A stretch of DNA of 63,035 nucleotides, filler included, from Stramenopiles sp. TOSAG23-3 (Eukaryota), in NCBI GenBank assembly GCA_900128585.1. It is 10 parts of 10 records of this genome, joined end to end, with 100 filler letters (N's around TTAATTAATTAA, not from the genome) between each part and the next. Parts side by side here need not be neighbours in the genome. Positions count along the whole stretch, not along the records: positions 60,593 to 61,764 come from LT646329.1; positions 61,865 to 63,035 come from LT646330.1; 8 more parts are not named here. The stretch is one strand, 5' to 3'. The translations under genes were made by a program, and so were the position numbers. Positions 61,134 through 63,035 of the stretch are shown piece by piece (the first letter of the stretch is position 1; the number at the start of each line of letters is the position of its first letter). The notes beneath the pieces were generated by a model. It did not search any database and was not told the origin of the DNA. It worked only from the letters and a program-made list of their open reading frames with translations.

Positions 61134-61391
61134 ACAATGTAAATAGCATTGAATACCGAACTTAAAATGCTGACAGTTTTGGCAAAATACAAATAGCACT
61201 GGATACCGCACATCTCTGAATTCGTACAATTGGCAGTGCCATTCACGCTATGTAAGACAATGTAAATAGCATTGGATACCGAACTAAAAATGCCTGACAG
61301 ATTTTTGGCAAAATGCAAATAGCATTGGATACCGAACTTAAATAGTCTAGAATCTCTGAATTCGCAGAATTGGCAGTGCCATTTACGCTAT
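61134..61391. repeat. Higher-order degenerate tandem repeat
   Basis: Four copies of AAATAGCATTGGATACCGAAC (61141, 61191, 61264, 61317) within two larger units. Each unit ends in ATCTCTGAATTCG.A.AATTGGCAGTGCCATT.ACGCTAT (61212, 61352). Confidence 0.9.
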
Positions 61392-61764
61392 TGGCAATAA
61401 CGAGATACAGTAGGAATTGCCAAAGCCTAAGTAGCCGATGACCGATGAGCCGATGAGCCATCGATGTTCTTTTAGAGCTCCTAGCTTTTCAAGTTCAGTT
61501 GGTTGGAAAAAAGGACGAAGCAAAATAACATATTCCTCTTTAATTTGTATTTAGTCTATTTTAATAAAAAATACTACAGTATTAGTGTTATTATTACAAT
61601 AATATTATTATAACACGAGGTTATCATTTTAGTTTATTTTTATTATTTTTTTTCAGCAGAGTTTTTTAGCAGAGATGTTCCTCCATTTTCTAAATTTTCT
61701 TTATCGGAGTTTCTTTTTTTTTTTTTTGCAGTTTTTTTTATCTTTTCTTCAATGTTATTTATAA

Positions 61765-61864
61765 NNNNNNNNNNNNNNNNNNNNNNNNNNNNNNNNNNNN
61801 NNNNNNNNTTAATTAATTAANNNNNNNNNNNNNNNNNNNNNNNNNNNNNNNNNNNNNNNNNNNN
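61765..61864. other. Artificial contig linker
   Basis: N44-TTAATTAATTAA-N44. Confidence 0.98.
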
Positions 61865-63035
61865 GAATCTGTGGCCCTCGTGCCAGGGCGGAAGTGCCCA
61901 GTCACCTATGTTGGAGGCCAAAGGCTCCCCAACCTCCTCGCCGCCTTCCTCGTTTCCCGCCGCACTGGCACCCTCCTTTGCACTGGCTGCCTCCATCGGG
62001 GGGGGGCGCTGCTTTGCGACGCCGCCGGGTTGAAAAATGTCAAAATACACGACCGCCAGCCCCCGCCCTATCGCCAAGCTGCTGCTCGTAACGCTGCCAC
62101 CGTTGGCCAAAAATGCATTATTTGCCACGGTCTTTTCCCCGACCATTGCGTTAAAAATATCACCCCCACGTTGGTTTTCTCGTCGCTTTGACACTTCCAG
62201 GGGGACCAGCAAACGCCTGGCGTTGTGAGAAAATATTTTGGAAAACCGCTCTGCATTCTTTAAATGCGTCGGCAAACGGATGTCGAAGTGTTGCACTGGC
62301 GGTTGGCCGGGGGGCTGGATGATGTCAAAGTCGGCATCCGACAACGAGCGCGGATTGTTCCGAAGGAGAATACTCAGGGCAACACTTTGAAGTTTGTTGC
62401 GGATGAGCTCAACAAGTTCGTGGGTGATTTCCTTGCCCGGTTCTGTGATGCCGTAAACCTCCATCTTCAAGGCTTTTACGCGGACGGCTGCGACCGGGGT
62501 GCTGCTCGGGCTGTCAAGCGTCGCGGCCTCGCCTTTGCCGGGCGGTGCCACACTTGACGAACCGGGAACAGCCGTTTCGGCACCCTTCGTCTCTTGAGTA
62601 TGCTTTGTAATTCTAGCGTAATGGCTTTTCGAAAGCACGTAGCTGTGGGGGCGGTTTCCGATGGAAAAGGGGTGCAACACTGGAATAGCCGCCAAAGCCC
62701 TGAGGGCAACGTTAATTTGAACCCGCTCGTGCAGGGGCAGCAACACTTCGAACATTGCGTTGCACGCCAGGGGCCCGGGGTCACCGTTCGCGGCGAGCAA
62801 CTGAAAGTTGCTGCACATACGATTATCGAACAATTCTGCCAACGCCATTGCTTGCTCTGCGCGTTTCGACGCAGCATCGACGTCCTCAATGATGGATTCT
62901 ATCACTTTTTTCCTCTCCTTTTCGGGGCAACCGTACACCCTGATCGTACAGTGGTCATCGTCAACGATCGACAGCATGGCCCAATAATCGACATGGTTTC
63001 GCTTGTACGTATGCGGCTCGACCATGGACCATTCG
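61865..63035 (-). CDS. SZT2: Internal fragment of SZT2 (KICSTOR complex)-like protein
   Basis: VLHPFSIGNRPHSYV and VYGITEPGKEITHELVELIRNKL...LSDADFDIIQPPG resemble SZT2 VLNAFSVVNRKNMFV and VHGVGQAGPEITDELVRVL...LTPADVEFIQPPG as recalled. Partial at both ends. Confidence 0.7.

Noticed and set aside
61134-61391. CRISPR-like array (four 21-bp repeats with spacers)
   Set aside because: Spacers 1 and 3 are near-identical, the repeats are degenerate, and there are no cas genes. It is a higher-order tandem repeat.
1-63035. tRNA, rRNA or spliceosomal RNA genes; numerous antisense ORFs over GC-rich genes
   Set aside because: No recognisable RNA gene by eye. The overlapping antisense ORFs are expected shadows of GC-rich coding sequence.

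Overview
This window is not one locus. It is ten unrelated contigs (1-7481, 7582-15058, 15159-22635, 22736-30211, 30312-37785, 37886-45358, 45459-52926, 53027-60492, 60593-61764, 61865-63035) joined by artificial 100-nt N44-TTAATTAATTAA-N44 linkers, apparently from a length-sorted draft assembly. Most contigs come from a microbial eukaryote with compact, essentially intronless GC-rich genes and very AT-rich, microsatellite-rich intergenic DNA. Recognisable genes include NDC80, TOM40, ZRANB3, SZT2, YIPF3-like, HSDL2-like, SLC22, alkaline ceramidase, GH20 hexosaminidase and a ciliary CIMIP1-like gene. A flagellated protist, possibly a marine stramenopile, is my inference. Contig 4 (22736-30211) is different: AT-rich, tightly packed or overlapping genes, several with a TATA box 18-19 nt before the ATG. 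It encodes an FkbM-LicD fusion, a small DHFR, a SNF2-RING helicase, a TGY kinase with a cyclin-like tail, a PD-(D/E)XK-like nuclease, a stand-alone MSH6-type mismatch-recognition domain and an uncalled WW-like micro-ORF. It is best read as a fragment of a large eukaryotic DNA virus. Other highlights: a Frizzled-type CRD fused to a NIPA Mg2+ transporter, a PHTF/7TM-ion-channel-like protein, two conserved motifs found between convergent genes, a contig bounded by a 79-bp inverted repeat, and a higher-order repeat array. All family assignments come from motif recognition by eye; no searches were run.
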